From Psilocybe cubensis (lineage: Eukaryota), in NCBI GenBank assembly GCA_017499595.2, contig CM039003.1, positions 1,364,001 to 1,428,000 of the forward strand: a stretch of 64,000 bases of DNA, given 5' to 3'. Numbering within the stretch: the first letter of the stretch is position 1; every line of letters begins with the position of its first letter. The position numbers were made by a program, and so were the translations under genes. The notes under the pieces are model-generated. The model searched no databases and was not told the DNA's origin. It saw nothing but the letters and a program-made list of their open reading frames with translations. Shown piece after piece: positions 38,671 through 52,185 of this stretch.

Positions 38671-39877
38671 CTATCTTGTCTGAGAAGACACCTCGTCTGT
38701 GTATCGATAATACCAAAACTGGCATAGAACCTGACATTTGGAGTGAGTACAAACCTCTCGAAATGTACTCAGAACTTACGAAGATATCGAGGAAGACTGT
38801 CAGCATACTCCCTGTGCGACGTGCCATTAGCTATAATTCCAGCCTACAAATTTATCTAAGCGCACCAGCCAACCAGCCACCGTTTGTGATGAGATAGTGT
38901 TTATCCATACTTTTAGCGCAGATCGACAGAGCATACGTCGAATTACCGAATATGGCAAACAAGAATAGCGCAGGAGACAAGCCTTCGCATCGTGTCTTGA
39001 AATTTTTTACTAATTGCAAATCAGAGTTAGTGCATGCCGAGAAATGAGAGGGAGCGAGGCAAAGTTCTGACATATTTGCGGAACACGAGCGCCGAGCTAA
39101 AGCCCATAATGAATTAAAAGCGAATGAATCCAGTGGGCATTGTGGACTTACGAAAAGCAAGGCGCTGGACCAGCCCAGTATTTGTATAAGCCACCACTTC
39201 TTATCTTCCTCGGGAGGCACAACGAGGTCTGTATCTTCATCCTTAGTGATCCACCAGGCAGCCACACCCACGCCGACCACGAAAGCAATAGTCAGAATGT
39301 AGCGTATAGTCAATTTCTTCGTGAACACGGGTTCTTCATGAGAACGGGAATCGCCTCCAAGTAAAGGGGTGTTTTCTAGTGGCGCTTGTGAGTCGCCGCT
39401 GATTCCAGTAACCAAACGGTTTCTCTTCCAGCGATAATAATAGATCTGGAATAGCAGAATGGAGTCGCATGTGGTATACTTATGGCGAGATAATGAGCAC
39501 ACATATAACTGCTTGGAGATACTTTATGTTTGGTAAAGACTCACATACAGGGCCAGGAGAATGACCGTCGGCAAAAGTCCACCTAGAAGTGCACCCACCA
39601 AATTGGTTAGGTCGCCTAGAAGCCATATGATGACGAACAGGACGCTGAGGCCTTCTCCGGATTGCAGTGTATAGTTCTCATAGACTTGCGGAGAGTAAAC
39701 GACGACCCTAGGCACAGATTCAGTTCTTATTCGGTCCTTAAAATGGACAAGGCGAGTGCATTACCAGCAAGCAATAGATATCCATCCTAGCTAATTATTG
39801 ATGCTTTCAAGCTCAAAGAAATGCAGCGATAGTGTGGGGGAACATACGATGCTACTTAAATTGTCACCAGAAAGCAT
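38671..39877 (-). CDS. PQ-loop vacuolar cationic amino-acid transporter (Ypq/PQLC2 family)
   Basis: LGWISIACWVVVYSPQVYENY.LQSGEGLS, WLLGDLTNL, second loop ARVPQI.KNF..RCEGLS and FGNSTYALS. Confidence 0.9.
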
Positions 39878-40089
39878 GATGGCATGGGCGTACAAAGAGG
39901 AGTTTTACACGAAAGAACTCTGCGATTTTCGTCCAGGGGCCAGCGGCTTAAATTAGAGCAGTCCGAGCCGTAAAGTTAAAAACGGCCTGTCACAGTCACG
40001 CTCACGCATGTGAGCATGTGACCGGACGGCACCAGAGTGCGCGTCCAACAAGTTACAACGCCTCCGACCGACCCAACACTTCATTTACC

Positions 40090-41379
40090 ATGAACGACGG
40101 CCAAGAAGCCTTCCGACGACTGGCAAAACAACTTAGAACAGTGGGCGGAAGTGCCAGGGGAGGAGGACCCGGTGGAAAGGGCCTTTTCGCCGGAAGTGGA
40201 CTTCTCGTTACTCTCCTCGCTGGAGGATTCGCGTTGAACTCCAGTTTGTTCAATGGTGTGTCATTTTCTACCCTTTTTCAGCTATAACGGAACTGACTGG
40301 ATTAAAAGTGGACGGTGGTCATCGTGCTATCAAGTACAGCAGGTAATAGTAAATCTGAAGCTTTGCTGGGGTATCTGGTTAATTGGTTATTTCAAGGCTA
40401 CACGGTGTGAAGGATGACATTTACAGCGAAGGAACTCATTTCGCAGTGAGTAGAATGATCAAAATTACTGTGCAAATCTCATTGCCACAAATAGATTCCT
40501 TGGTTTGAAACTCCCATTGTGTTTGATGTTCGAGCTAAGCCTCGCAACATTGCCAGTTTGACTGGAACAAAAGGTGCCTCCACCCACTGTTTCCTTCCTA
40601 TATATTTAACATAGAAATATGCAGACTTACAAATGGTTAACATCACTTGCCGTGTACTATCAAAACCAAAGATTGAAGGACTGCCCCAAATCTACCGCGA
40701 ACTTGGCAAAGATTATGATGAAAGAGTTCTTCCCTCTATTGTCAACGAGGTGCTCAAAAGCGTCGTCGCCCAATTCAATGCCAGCCAACTTATTATCCAA
40801 CGAGAAAATGTGAGTGTATCCCTCTGAGGTTAAGTGCCTCCTGCTGAATCCAGATGAAGGTTTCCCGACTTGTACGAGATAATTTGACAGAACGTGCTTC
40901 CAAATTCAACATCGTATTGGATGACGTTTCAATTACTCATGTTGCTTTCTCTACCGAGTTCACGCACGCTGTTGAGGCTAAGCAGGTCGCTCAGCAAACG
41001 GCTCTTCGTGCCGCATACCTTGTCGACCAAGCTATCCAGGAGAAACAGGTATACTTATTGCGTCTGTCTTGCATGTATATGCTAATCCTATTTCCCCAGT
41101 CAATCATTGTCCGTGCTCAGGGTGAAGCTAAGAGTGCTGAGCTTGTCGGAGAAGCTCTCCGTAAAAATAAGGGTTTCCTTGAACTTCGTCGCCTGGAGGC
41201 CGCACGCGACATTGCCAATCTCCTTTCACAATCACAGAATAAAGTCATGTTAGACTCGCAAAGTCTTTTGCTTGACGGTTAGTCTCTCTAGTTATGTTGG
41301 TACGGTGCTTTATTGACTCTCCATTCACATAGTTGCTGGAAATGATGCCCAGGATTTGTTGAAAGTTACTACAAAGTGA
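40090..41379 (+). CDS. PHB2: Prohibitin-2
   Basis: [79 protein letters not shown] and [10 protein letters not shown]. Confidence 0.93.
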
Positions 41380-43087
41380 TCTGTAACTCGTGCAAAACTG
41401 ATTATGGTGCCACTCCTTCTCCGATGCTCGAATTGAGGGTCTTGGGTGGTTTGTAAAAATGATGACAATTTTCTAGACTTCACCGTCTTATCAATGTCGT
41501 TAGGCTTCGCAGGATGGTGTACATCACCGTTCTCTGAGGCTTCTTGAACTATGGTCCGCGCAGCCCCTTCTGGTGCTACCGTAGGATAAATTACCATATT
41601 CTCGCCCGATCCGTTGGACATATGTGTCGTTTGCTTGCGGCGCGAATGGACATCGTGTCGAAGCTTTTTTTTTCAAGCCTTACACACGTGGTTGTGGTTG
41701 AAGTTATAGAGCAAAACCCACTTTGAAAGTTGCAAGTGCGGCTAGCTTGCGAAGTGAATTCAGATATGCTGAGGCCTGGCAAATGCTCATGACCAAATGC
41801 ATCCGAAAAACTCAATACTAAGCATACAGGAGTCGGATATGATATACATGCATGTCTCCTGCTTCCGGCCCTCGACCATATCTTGAGCATAGCCGGTAAG
41901 TGTAATGTTGTTATTTGTCGGGAATGACACCCATGGGACTCTATTCCAATCGTCTTGGAGCTTAATGACTGTCCACATTGTAGAACGAACCCCAGAACCG
42001 ACGGACATGTGAATCTATGAACAGAACCGTGATTCTCGGGTCTGAGTTTGTGTGGAGTATATATTCTTATCGTGGGCGTTGAAGGCAGGGACCCTTCAAG
42101 GGGACGGGAAAGCTAACGAGATTAATTACCACGAGAAGTATTTTCGAACCTTCAAAAGTGAAGTACGTTTGACATATTCAGACCTCTGGGTCCCTACTCC
42201 TGAGACCAATAGTGGAAGGACAATAGTAACGCAAAACTCCAGCTCTGTGAATCGATATAGGACACGAATTTCATCATCCCAGTGGTCTTTTACGGCGGAG
42301 TGGCATATTATGCCAATCTGGGGCGATAATTTAGAATATTGAGGGAGCTACTATTTCCGAGTGTTGAATAGTCGCAGGAAGCAACTGATACACGGAAAAC
42401 ACAAGTCGAGTTCATCGTTGATGCTGGTGAGGACATCGGGACAGGATTGTGCAGTAAGTGGTCAGTGAGCGCTTAGCAAGCGCTTACAGTGTTCTCCTGG
42501 CTATGAGTCAATCGTTTTCCTTGAGCTTAGCTAAATGCCTTTATAGTCTGGTTTACATGAATCCTCGCTCATTGATTTGGCACAGATGTAGAATTGACGC
42601 TATTAGCGTTCTGTGCTGCTACAATAAATATTAAATATATACAGAAACAAATTGAACTTCTCTCTCTCTCGCGGAAGTGAGTTTGGTATAATAATTTTAC
42701 GACATAACTATGGTAAGGATATAACGCTATGTGCCTTTTATCCAACCCATAAGTGATCCGCCATGACAATTTTGTGGATTGGGGTGTGGGGCCAAGTTGT
42801 CGAAGGAGTTTGAATGATTGTATGATATAGCACAATTGCGGCAGTTATAGCAGCAGCTGTTACAGTAAAAGTTGCTGACGTCGGAAAGTGGGCGTACGAT
42901 GTGTTGAAAATTGTACAATAGATGGGTATGTAGATATCAAGGATATAACATGTTGTGGATCACCAAAGCATTGAATATGAAAGCATATCGTAAGCATGCG
43001 CCTCTAACAAGGGCAATGAGCATGTTGTCAGCGATATGGAGGTGTGCGTGGTATTGGCAGGCCAGACCAAGAGATTGGATGGCACGA

Positions 43088-45233
43088 TCATATTTTTCCA
43101 GCGATGCGGTCTTCGATCAGTTGCGCGACGGCGGCACCATCTACAGGAATAAAATTCCCTTGGAATCCCTCTGGGTAATCAACGTCGGGTTTATCAGGGT
43201 ATGTTCGGTACCTATAAGGATAATAAAATGAGGAATTGAGCCTACAGAGTGGGGAAACAGGGCAAGACTAGATTACGCACCTATCTTTCCAGAAAGCAAA
43301 ATGGCGCATTCCCAGGGCGCGGGATGTCCAATAATAATCATGAGCAAATCCTCCTGGGTAGAAGATCTCTATGACAGTCGAAAAACGGTTCGGATCCATG
43401 AAGACAAGATGGGTTAGACCATTGCCATGCACACCCAGCATAATCTACACAGAAAATGAGCATTGAATGACAAGCACATAAAATGTCGCGACAACATACT
43501 GTAGTGCGAGCAGCAGCCTGCACCTGCTCGTCCTTCGTCATATGTTCGGCGATAAGTTCGTTGAACTCCCAAGCCAAAGGCACTGATTCATCTCCTGTCG
43601 CAGTTTTCTGCCCATGCAAACCATCCTTCGCCGTTAGAAAATCGCTGCGTTCTTTGTTTTTCCTCGCAACAAGCTCCTGAATTGCTTTAACCATACGCTC
43701 ATGGTCCTCCTTGATCAACTTGCGATTCCTGGCTGACTGACGACTTATATAACTGATGACAATCTTCTCTGGCAGCGGCAAAAGGTTCTGGTGTGATGCG
43801 CCTACATCTACTATATCCGCCGGTTGAATATTGGCATCCATACCCCTAACTTCTGCTTCTTCTGACAGGAAAGGAATCATTGCCAATGGCTTCTGCGTGC
43901 CGTCGACCTCCTTTACCAGTGCTGAGTTTCCAGACGTTAACTTTGCGACTCCCTCTTTCGCACCGGCAAAGCGCCAAACAGCCTCACGCAACGGCGCCCA
44001 CCATCCGCCAACATGTAGACCTCTTAGTCTGACCTTCTTGCGCATGAAGTCCCATGCCTCGGACGCAGTGCGCTGAGTATTGGAGCCGCACATCCAACCG
44101 CGGTGGGAAGCACTACGATCAACGAGAAGGACTATTGGAAAATGCCATGCGCGCCCAGGCTCTCCTGGTTCTGTTGCCGTGGCTGTGATGCGGTCGTTCC
44201 AGTCTTCGATGTGCTCGACGATGAGAGAAGGAAGTGCCGCCCTGAGAAAGTATGAGTTGAAGCCTGGGCTATCGCGCCATCCATCAGCATCGCTGTGGGC
44301 GAAAATGGCGCGGTGCATTGGCGGCACAGGTGGGTGTGTTGTGGAAAAGTGAACGCTACTCAGGGAGTCGGGTTCGTCCATTTCTGTCGGGGTGATAGGG
44401 GGAGAGAAAGCACCATGCCAAAAAGCTTGTGCTCCAAAGAAGAGCTCGGCAACAAAGTGGTAGTAGTGTCGCAGGAATTGCCTTGGATCGTTGAAAAGAA
44501 GCTGTATACAGAAGACGTGAAGTCAACGTCAGTATCTATGAATATAACGTGTGCGGATGTATTGATGGAGAAACAGGATTTGCATAAGAAATTAAAGGCA
44601 AGATGCCACGTTTCGGAATGAGAAATCGGACATAAAACGTACTGTGTTGCCTTCAACTGTCCATACCCGATTCAAATGTTGCCCTTTCTTGTTTGACGTC
44701 GCTAAAACCCATCGCCTGTTGGCCTCTTCTGGTGATATGATTGCCATGTTGTCGTCTGTGGGTTCCCTCATTGCAATATTTTCTGGTGTGTTCTCAGCTT
44801 CCAGTCCTGTGCTCGTCATCATGCGGATTTCGGGAAAGCTCTTGCGAGCATCATCGTCTGCCACGATATATAGCGTCCCGTTTGACATGTACAAATTTCG
44901 GAAAAGTGTCCATCCAGGAGCATGAGCAAGTAGCTCTGTAGAGGGAAGTTCATCGAAAGGCAAAACTGGGGTGGACACCCTCGTCGTAGGGGTAGGTAAG
45001 GCAGTCACCACCACCGTTTCCGTCTTCGTTCGCAATTTCGTGCGGGTCTGGTGCCGGAAAGCCGTGACTGTGGCCTTGGGGACATTATCCTGGACATTGG
45101 TGTTGATGACAATAGACTGATCGTTGACGCTTGACGGTTGGCCAAAAAGAACTGACCAGACGTGCATAGAGGAAGCGCCGATCAGCAGGAGAAGCGCATC
45201 GCGACGGGAAAGCGAGCCATTGCGGAATAGCAT
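43088..45233 (-). CDS. Type II membrane glycosyltransferase, GT61/DUF563-like
   Basis: N-terminal TM plus Thr-rich stem, then PGWTLFRNLYMSNGT, FLRHYYHFVAE, ISYISRQ, QVQAAARTT, MLGVHGNGLTHLVFM and VIEIF. Confidence 0.75.
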
Positions 45234-45853
45234 CCTGAGGAACGCGACGGCCTCAAAGGAAGGTAGAATGGGCGGGAAGGAAAGGGTTTATCACTATCAA
45301 GAGGCAGAAAGCTTGGTGAACGGCAAACGGAGGTGGCGGTTGGGTAACGCTGAAGGATCAACTGACTAGAATGAATAAAATAGTATGTGATGCCCGAAGG
45401 CCTAATTATAGTGTTATATGTAGAGTTGAAAAACAAAGAGAAAAGGAGAAAGTGGACACAGGACAAGCTAGGACAAGGTGTAACAATGAACAGAACAATT
45501 TTCGGGGTTTATAGTATTGCCATATTAAGACCTATTTCAAACTTTATGTTTGTCTTAACCAAACGAGTTCTATCTCCTGAACACATCAACTTACAATCCT
45601 CAGCAAGACATTACTGTCCTTATATATACCGTTGTTATTATACTCTCTGGTATCTTCACAAGAAAATGAAACATCTTTCCATCCTACCATACAGGCAAAA
45701 GTTGCTTTCGAACAATGATATACAAATTGTTCAAATGTGCAACAAGATTCAAGGCGGCCAGACTCTGCATTAACGCTCTTCCAAGACTATGGTGCGTTTT
45801 TTGAATCAAAGCCTTTCGATATATTCGCATTGTTGTATCGTATACATAACCCA

Positions 45854-48000
45854 TTAAGACGATTCCAAAATGAGTCTCTCGAAGTCGGGGGAACGGACGT
45901 TGAATTCACAATCAAACTTGCATTTGCGCCTGTGACGACGACGAAGCACCCAATTCAGTTCAGGTTTTCTTGACGTCAACACGGGAAAACTCACACAAGC
46001 AACGCGGACTCTTCGTAGTCGTTATTAATTTCGACTTCGTTGCCGTTTTCGTCCTTGGCTTTGTCAATGGTAAAGCAGGCAAGAACAGACGCGATTTGTA
46101 GCCACAACTGTATGATCGTGGGTTTATCGATACCATTTCATTGATTTATCTATAACTTACTGAAGAGCTGGCGATCGCTTTACCAACACATATCCTGCAA
46201 AGAGGCCAATTCAACAATATCTCTGTAATCTCTATTGAAGGTGAGCTTACCTGCGTCCAAAACCATACGCCAGAACCCTATCGTCATTATTTAGCTTGCC
46301 GTTTTCGTCGAAAAATCTTTCAGGTTTGAATGCGAATGGTTCTGGATAAACGTCTTCATCATGTGTCATAGCCCTTGAGAGATGATGCTGCATCAGTTTC
46401 TGAACAGTCAAGCGTAGTATTGCCATACCAAATATTGGGGAAAACAGTGGTGCCTGAGTAAAGAGTCAGTCAATGACAAAAAACTGGCATATTTTTCATT
46501 GAGTTTGGTACCTTCAGGAATAAAGTATCCCTTGAATGTGTCATCGGTAGTGACAGAGTGCGGTACACTGATGGGAATAGGAGGTTTGAAGCGCAAGACT
46601 TCCCGATAGATGGCCTCAATGTAAGGCAGAGACTTGCGGTCCGCCAATGTCGGAAGTCTTTTTGTTCCCAGTACGCGATCTAATTCGGCCTGCGCTTTTT
46701 TCTGAATTTCCGGATTGAGAACCATTTGGTGGAAGAAGGTCCCAGATGCGGATATCGTCTGTAGACTGTGATTAGTCTAGCCTTACTGATAGAGTGTAGC
46801 TCTTTTGACATACAGTATCCGAAGCCGCTTTAAGTGGGTACATATGTTCATCCTTAGACCTCCGTGATATCACGATAATACACTCACCACCATAGACTGT
46901 ATAGGCAACATTCTTGATTATAAACTCCTCTTCGTCAGATCCACCACCGGCATACTTTTTCTCATAAAAATCAGTGACTAGAGACGACACAGCAGTTCCA
47001 TCCGCCTGTAAAAGTGCCGGAATTCGCGATTTGCATCTGAAGGTTGGAAATCAAATCACTTACCAAGCTTTTCTTTACAAATTCCGTTGGGATTCTCACC
47101 ACTTCGTTGGTTAACCTTTTCACTTCTTCGGCCGCATTTCGCGATATGGCTCCAGGGAACCATAGTGGGACATGACGAAGAAGAGGAAAAACATTGATGA
47201 GGCTACCGCCAGGCGCCATGAGGCGACCTCCAAGGATAGTAGCCGCTTCCGCGGTTTCAATGACTGGGTCGTGAGGAGATTTGATGTCATAACCATACAT
47301 CATGGCCATTGTCAGACCGATGGAAAGGCTGGAGACAGGTTTGTGATTAGTAAATAGAAGGGTTGAGGAAATCGTTATTTACACGTTATTATGAGCATCG
47401 TAGTCTTTCGGCGTCTTGAGGAGGGCTTGAAGGAATTGATGAGTTTTAGTCATTTGTATCGATTCATATTTCAGAGATGCTTGGGGGTTGAAGTTTTGTT
47501 GGCAGATCCTCCGATGCTGTCTCCATTCATCGCCGTAGCTTAAGAGTGCTACATTATACTCCCATCCCATACTAAAAAAACAAGATGAGAATGACAAATT
47601 GTTGCCCAGATATATACTTACAGTTTGATGATTGGCATCTGAGGTCTGTCGGAATATATTTTTGCGCGCTGCTCGAGAAGTTCAATTGCATCCTCGCGTT
47701 TATTGAGGATTAGAAGGTGGTTTCCTAGAGCTTCCGCATGAAGAATGGGACCTATGAAGTAGTTCAGTCAGATATCAATATGCTGTAGCCAAAACACTGA
47801 CTGTCATATTTTTTTCCCCAATCAGCGTATGTCTGCGCAAATTTGTTAGGAGGAATATCAAAAATATTCCCCAGCAAAGGCAGCGGTTTGGGGCCAGGAG
47901 GATAGGGTGACCTTTTGGCATTGAAAAGTAGTAGGCTTGCCAGCTTCTTCGCTGCCCATATAGCCAAAACGACGTAGATAACGGACGTGGAGATACTCAT
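45854..48000 (-). CDS. Cytochrome P450 (CYP64-clan / CYP5144-like), copy A
   Basis: N-terminal TM, PPGPKPLPLLGN, I-helix AASDT, K-helix EVLR, FKPERF and heme motif YGFGRRICVG. Confidence 0.93.
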
Positions 48001-49815
48001 GATAACAGAAAAGGATCCAATGAGAGAAAATGTCCGGTCCTTCTTGGTTGTCCATGCTTTATACCTAACATATGGAACTTCTCACAGAAACAGCCCGCCC
48101 TGCACTGAATCTATCATATTTGGAAACCATCCTGCACACGCTGACAGTCGGAAGCCCAAGCGAAAGGCTCCCAGCCGATGAGAACAATAATTCCATTGAA
48201 ATTCATCCATAGCGATTCCGAGGTTCGGACAAGAGAGTGTCCACGGAATTGGTTTCTTTACAGTACGGTTTGCCGCCGAAAAACGGGTGAAACTGACACA
48301 ACACTGGGTATAGTACCATTGTCTGGAAAGCCTGCGCACCGTATTGTGTCAAAATGATTTGTCTGACTAAAACGTAAGACGGACGTTGAACGTAAGATAG
48401 ATGTTGAGTATTATTTCAATAGTATCTGGAACGCTTACGCAGTCTTTCTGTATGTACTATGTCTTCGTCTTCAAGGGCTTCTCGGGTGTCGAATATTTCA
48501 TGGTGAAGACTTGGATACTTGGGTAGTCAACAGGTAATAAAAAATGTCAGCCAGGTCCAGGAAAAATTAGTAAATATCATCCAGCACGAGTTCAGAAGAA
48601 AGGATGTAGATTAGATCCAGACCTGGCACTCCAACTCACGGGTCAAGAACGGTTCTCAGCCCTTTTGCACGTCCCAAATCCCGGCACATGATCACTTCTC
48701 ATCGGCACGTGCAAGTTCATGAGAGTCGAGACGGGACTCATTGACTGAAACATAACTATTAGTCAATGACAGTAATTGCCATGGCGCTGTGCACCTTTAC
48801 GCACCTTATTCTTTTAACTGTATCATTGACGGCTGGCCAATCAAACGACTTATCTCGAAGACTCGCACCTCCATTCAAACATTTATGCAATCAAAACCTA
48901 CCATCCGAACTTGCCAAGAGTCTCTTTGCCGTGTAAAATTAGTATGAAAATATGACTGCCGCAGCCTGCTAGCAATACCCATTGCTTCTTTGATGTGGAC
49001 CATCTTCGCCATGGCTATTTCTTGCTGACTTATGCTTCGCGTTGACTGCCTATTCCGCACATCTTCGGTGTTATGCATATATATTCAAAGAAATGTCGTC
49101 TGCAAATTGGTCCAAGCTATATGCCAGTGACCCTTCGACGGGCAACGACCTGACTCTGCCTGGTCAAGATCCCTCACAATTTTCGACAAAAAGAATGGGT
49201 TAAAAAGTAAACAGTCTGCGACTCAAGGATACAAATTAACCGACAAATACCCAGTTACTGTGAGCAAAAAGTATGCATCATTCGATATATATCATTGCTG
49301 GGGATACTACTATACCTTCTCTGTAGTGATACTTCAAGGTGACAAATGAACTTGCACCTATCCGGGCTCATATCAACGACAATCAACTTTTTCATCAGAA
49401 ATTGACGGGACGCAATCTTTTTTGCGCCACGCATACCATCTGATCGTATGTCCTATTACAGCCCTTTTGGGAGTTTAGCAATTATACTTACTCCCTATGT
49501 GTGGGGTGGGGTACATAACAGTTCTACCGAAAGATCAGAAATTTTCCAAGAATGGAATACCGGCAATTGATACTTATCAAGCGGCATTGACTTTTGGATG
49601 TTTGCGGTACGGTCTGGTACGGTAAAATCATCCCAGGCACCCAGTAACCAACGTCTACACACTCCCACGAACCGTAAATCAGCTCATGGATGCATATTAA
49701 GGAGCGACGGGGTGAATCTAATAATTGAACATCTCGTCGAGGGATTCAAAAGGAAGTCACGCCGGATTAGACTTTATAGAGCTTGTCTCACCAGGGCTTC
49801 TCTTTGCAAACCGTA

Positions 49816-52010
49816 ATGTCTGTTGCCGACCTACTGCCAATGTCCTTCCAGCAAGCGCAAGGGGGAGCTCTTATTCTCGCAATAGGCGCGTTTTGTTGGG
49901 CGTATCTACGAACTCGGCGCTCAAATCTTCCATATCCTCCTGGGCCTCCACCAAAGAACATCATAGCAGGGAACCTGACCGACCTTCCTCCAAAAAGGGC
50001 ATGGGAGACCTACTCGAAATGGGCAGAACAATACAATAGTGAGTATCTTTTGCCAGTGGTTAATTGCGCTAACACACATCTCATTATTTCATTAGGTGAT
50101 ATAATTCACTTCCGGGTATTTGGACAACATATGGTTATCTTGCAAACCCTTGACCTCTCTCGAGAACTACTGGAAAAAAGGTCTACCGTGTATTCGGATA
50201 GACCATACAACGCTATGATCGATCTGTAGGGCATGCCACACGTAGTGTTCCATCTGATAACACTAACCTGTAATCTCTCAGCATGGAGTGGGATATTGCG
50301 GTGGGATTCAAGCCCTACGGTCCCGAATGGAGGCATCACAGAAAGCTGTTTCAGCAAGGTTTCAGGACAGGTACAACAACCCTCCGGTACAGGGCCATCC
50401 AGACCGATAAAGTGAACGACTTTCTTCGTGCTCTCCTCGACAATCCTAACAAATTCAGACAACACTGCAAAGCGTGAGCCTTATCTAGGGTCATGTTCGG
50501 GTTTCGTAAATTGACTTTTTTCAGGCTGTCGGCTGCCGTCATCATGCGCGTGATATATGGATACGACTCCGCCCCTGAGGAAGACTATTTCGTCGAACTT
50601 TCGGAAGCAGCGATGGTGAAAATGTGTGATTCGTGGGTCGCGCCCGGGGCTATGGTGGTGAACACTATCCCTATCCTTAGACACCTTCCCAGCTGGTTCC
50701 CCGGAGCCGCTTTCAAGAAATATGCTATTGAAGGTCAAGAATTGACGAGAAAGATCAGAGATGTCCCATTTGCGTTTGTTACGAAAAGCCTGGTAAGTAT
50801 CACGCCTTTCTTTGCACGTAAACTAACAGTATGTGAACTATGAAATTACCAGGCCGAAGGAACAGCCAAACATTCAGTGGTTTCTGAGATGATTGCAAAC
50901 AACGAAGAGCATGAAACCATTAAAGAAGTTGCTGCAACCGGATACGGAGGTCTGTCCTCTGTTGAAGAAGCTTATCTATCTAAAAGTCTTATAATTCATT
51001 GTTGACAGCTGGAGCCGATACGGTAAGCACTCTCCTTGGCTCGTCTCATTCTTGCGGAAAAATGATCACTTTATTTGTATTGTAGACTATGGCCACCCTA
51101 GCGTGGTTCTTTTATGCTATGATACTTCATCCTGAGGTTCAAAGGAAGGCCCACGAAGAGCTTGATAGGGTCATTGGAAATAAGCGGCTTCCGACTTATG
51201 ATGACCGCGATTCTTTGCCATACATAGAAGCCGTGGTCAGAGAAGTTCTTCGTTGGAGGCCGATAGTTCCTTTAGGTTTACCTCATGCCACCTCTTTTGA
51301 TGATATCTATAATGGCCACTTCATCCCCAAGGGTACGTACTGATATCACTATTAGTAGTACTTAATAATCATCTACAGCAGGCACCATTGTAATGGCTAA
51401 CCTTTGGTGTGTTTCCTTTCATCCTTCTGCGATTGTCGATCTCATTTTAACGCTAACAGGGCCATTGCTTATGATAAGAATATCTATGAAAAGCCAGAGA
51501 TTTTTAATCCGGACCGTTACTTTAACAAGGATGGCACATTAACTACGGAAGGTATCCATTCAGAAGTATGGTCTTTCGGATTTGGTAGACGGTTAGTACA
51601 AATCTCACTTGACGTTATTTTTTTTTTTCAATGCTGATGACTCCGTTTTCAGCATTTGCCCCGGTCGTCAGTTGGCACTTGACACGGTAAGGACAAGTTG
51701 ATTTAATTCTCAGCTGGACGTTGACATTTATCCTTTTTTCCAAATTAGATCTGGCTGGCAGTAGCCACTGTTCTATCTACTTTTGATATTCTAAAAAAGA
51801 AAGACGCCAACGGGAACGTTATTCCTGTTGATGAAGATATTGAAGTCGCTGATGGACTTGTCAGGTGTGTCCTCAATTCAATTCGCACATTGTTTGCCAC
51901 ATCAATCTAATTTCTTCGTTCAAAGCCATGCTGCAGACTTCCAATGTGCAGTAACACCTAGATCAAATGTGGCCAGACAAGTCATCGTTGAATCTGTTGC
52001 GAAAGAATAG
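49816..52010 (+). CDS. Cytochrome P450 (CYP64-clan / CYP5144-like), copy B, divergent from copy A
   Basis: PYPPGPPP, YSDRP, WRHHRK, AGADT, EVLRW, FNPDRY and FGFGRRICPG. Confidence 0.93.
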
Positions 52011-52185
52011 GCGCACTGACTACAACCGGGATGTATAATGTCCAACGATGGAAGAACATGCACGAATATACACAAGACTAACCTGCTGCATACCAGAGAC
52101 CGCACTGTGTATAGAGTATCCTGCAAGATACTGTTGGTAAAAATTCTAGTAACTAGTATCAATGTAAGCCATAGTTGTTCGCAAA

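Noticed and set aside
41400..42900. Short overlapping ORFs and a small hairpin GTGAGCGCTT-agc-AAGCGCTTAC (~42465-42487)
   Set aside because: No coherent gene model or ncRNA box motifs, and a 10-bp stem is expected by chance.
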